Program-made: the position numbers and the translations under genes | Notes under the pieces: generated by a model | What the model was told of the DNA's origin: nothing | Database searches by the model: none | What the model saw: only the letters and a program-made list of their open reading frames with translations | Source: an uncultured Planctomycetia bacterium | Lineage (GTDB): Bacteria; Omnitrophota; Gorgyraeia; CAYWPX01 | DNA length: 64,000 nucleotides | Direction of reading: 5' to 3' | Assembly: GCA_964460615.1 (NCBI GenBank) | Contig: CAYWPX010000004.1 | Location: forward strand, 19,116-83,115 | Part shown: positions 63,813 through 64,000 of the stretch, piece by piece | How the letters are laid out: each line of letters begins with the position of its first letter | Position numbering within the stretch: the first letter of the stretch is position 1

Positions 63813-64000
63813 ACCGTGGTGCCTGGCACCTAGGTTGAAGATGACGATGAATTCGCCTTTAGGATTATTTTTAGAAAAGTGCGCGATTGACTCGCTTACC
63901 TTTTCGCGCCTTACCTCTTCGAATTTTTTTGTAAGCTCTCTTGAAACTACAATTTTAATATCGCCAAAAATTTCTAGTATATCTTCCAAAAGCCCCAAAA
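63801..64000 (-). CDS. rsmI: 3' end of a 16S rRNA 2'-O-methyltransferase RsmI-like gene (tetrapyrrole-methylase family); partial, continues beyond the window
   Basis: The C-terminal peptide ...VVSRELTKKFEEVRREKVSESIAHFSKNNPKGEFIVIFNLG resembles the RsmI C-terminus (ELTKLHEE..RGT..E....KGE.V.VI.G). Confidence 0.45.
   Translation of the reverse strand, partial: LGLLEDILEIFGDIKIVVSRELTKKFEEVRREKVSESIAHFSKNNPKGEFIVIFNLGARHHGIKT

Noticed and set aside
63611-63829. ORF 63611..63829(-) 72 aa
   Set aside because: It is encoded by GC-rich hairpin repeats and one copy of the 41-bp direct repeat. Its Arg/Pro-rich product is typical of translated palindromes.

Overview
Every gene I can support in this 64-kb window lies on the minus strand; I found no credible plus-strand gene. 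The window reads, from low to high coordinates, as five blocks.

1. An accessory-looking region (1..11400):
- two paralogous prepilin-type proteins of the H-X9-DG family (1..622 and 9531..10247);
- a small CxxC-x17-CxxC zinc-ribbon protein missed by the ORF track (743..907);
- a persulfide-dioxygenase/rhodanese fusion (2012..3250);
- an AsmA-like protein, a short MscS channel, a 7x PKD-repeat secreted protein and a PLDc_N mini-protein.

2. A tRNA-Val / tRNA-Asp pair with an intrinsic terminator (11528..12247).

3. A Bacillus-like pyrimidine operon in the order pyrR-pyrB-pyrC-[PHP/EndoQ-like]-carB(C-half only)-pyrK-pyrD-pyrF-pyrE, with a PyrR-binding leader upstream of pyrR. It has no carA, carries a foreign PHP-domain gene, and holds a Mut7-C fragment.

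4. A complete type IVa pilus-like cluster (22331..36569):
- structural and assembly genes pilB, pilM, pilN, a pilO-pilP fusion, secretin pilQ, pilC, a major pilin and three minor pilins;
- a translationally coupled histidine kinase (with a degenerate GGDEF-like tail), a response regulator and a ParA-like ATPase;
- a second, paralogous CheY-like regulator at the far end.

5. Immediately upstream of pilB and co-oriented with it, a single uninterrupted 25.8-kb ORF (36795..62621). It encodes an 8608-aa Sec-signal protein with an NHL beta-propeller, kilobases of G/S/T/N-rich beta-helix-like repeats arranged as roughly 1065-aa super-repeats, a LamG domain, a CBM-like domain and C-terminal Ig-like domains.

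The window ends with a hairpin-dense, repeat-rich region: a GIY-YIG nuclease gene flanked by perfect 41-bp direct repeats, and a partial rsmI-like 3' end.

Intergenic regions inside operons repeatedly carry two families of elements: AGCTATG-type heptamer arrays and long GTAC-rich palindromes.

The prepilin H-X9-DG proteins, the giant gene and the low GC content are compatible with an uncultivated PVC-group (Omnitrophota-like) bacterium. This is an inference only.

The most interesting candidate system is the giant carbohydrate-binding-type surface or secreted protein physically coupled to a regulated type IV pilus machine.
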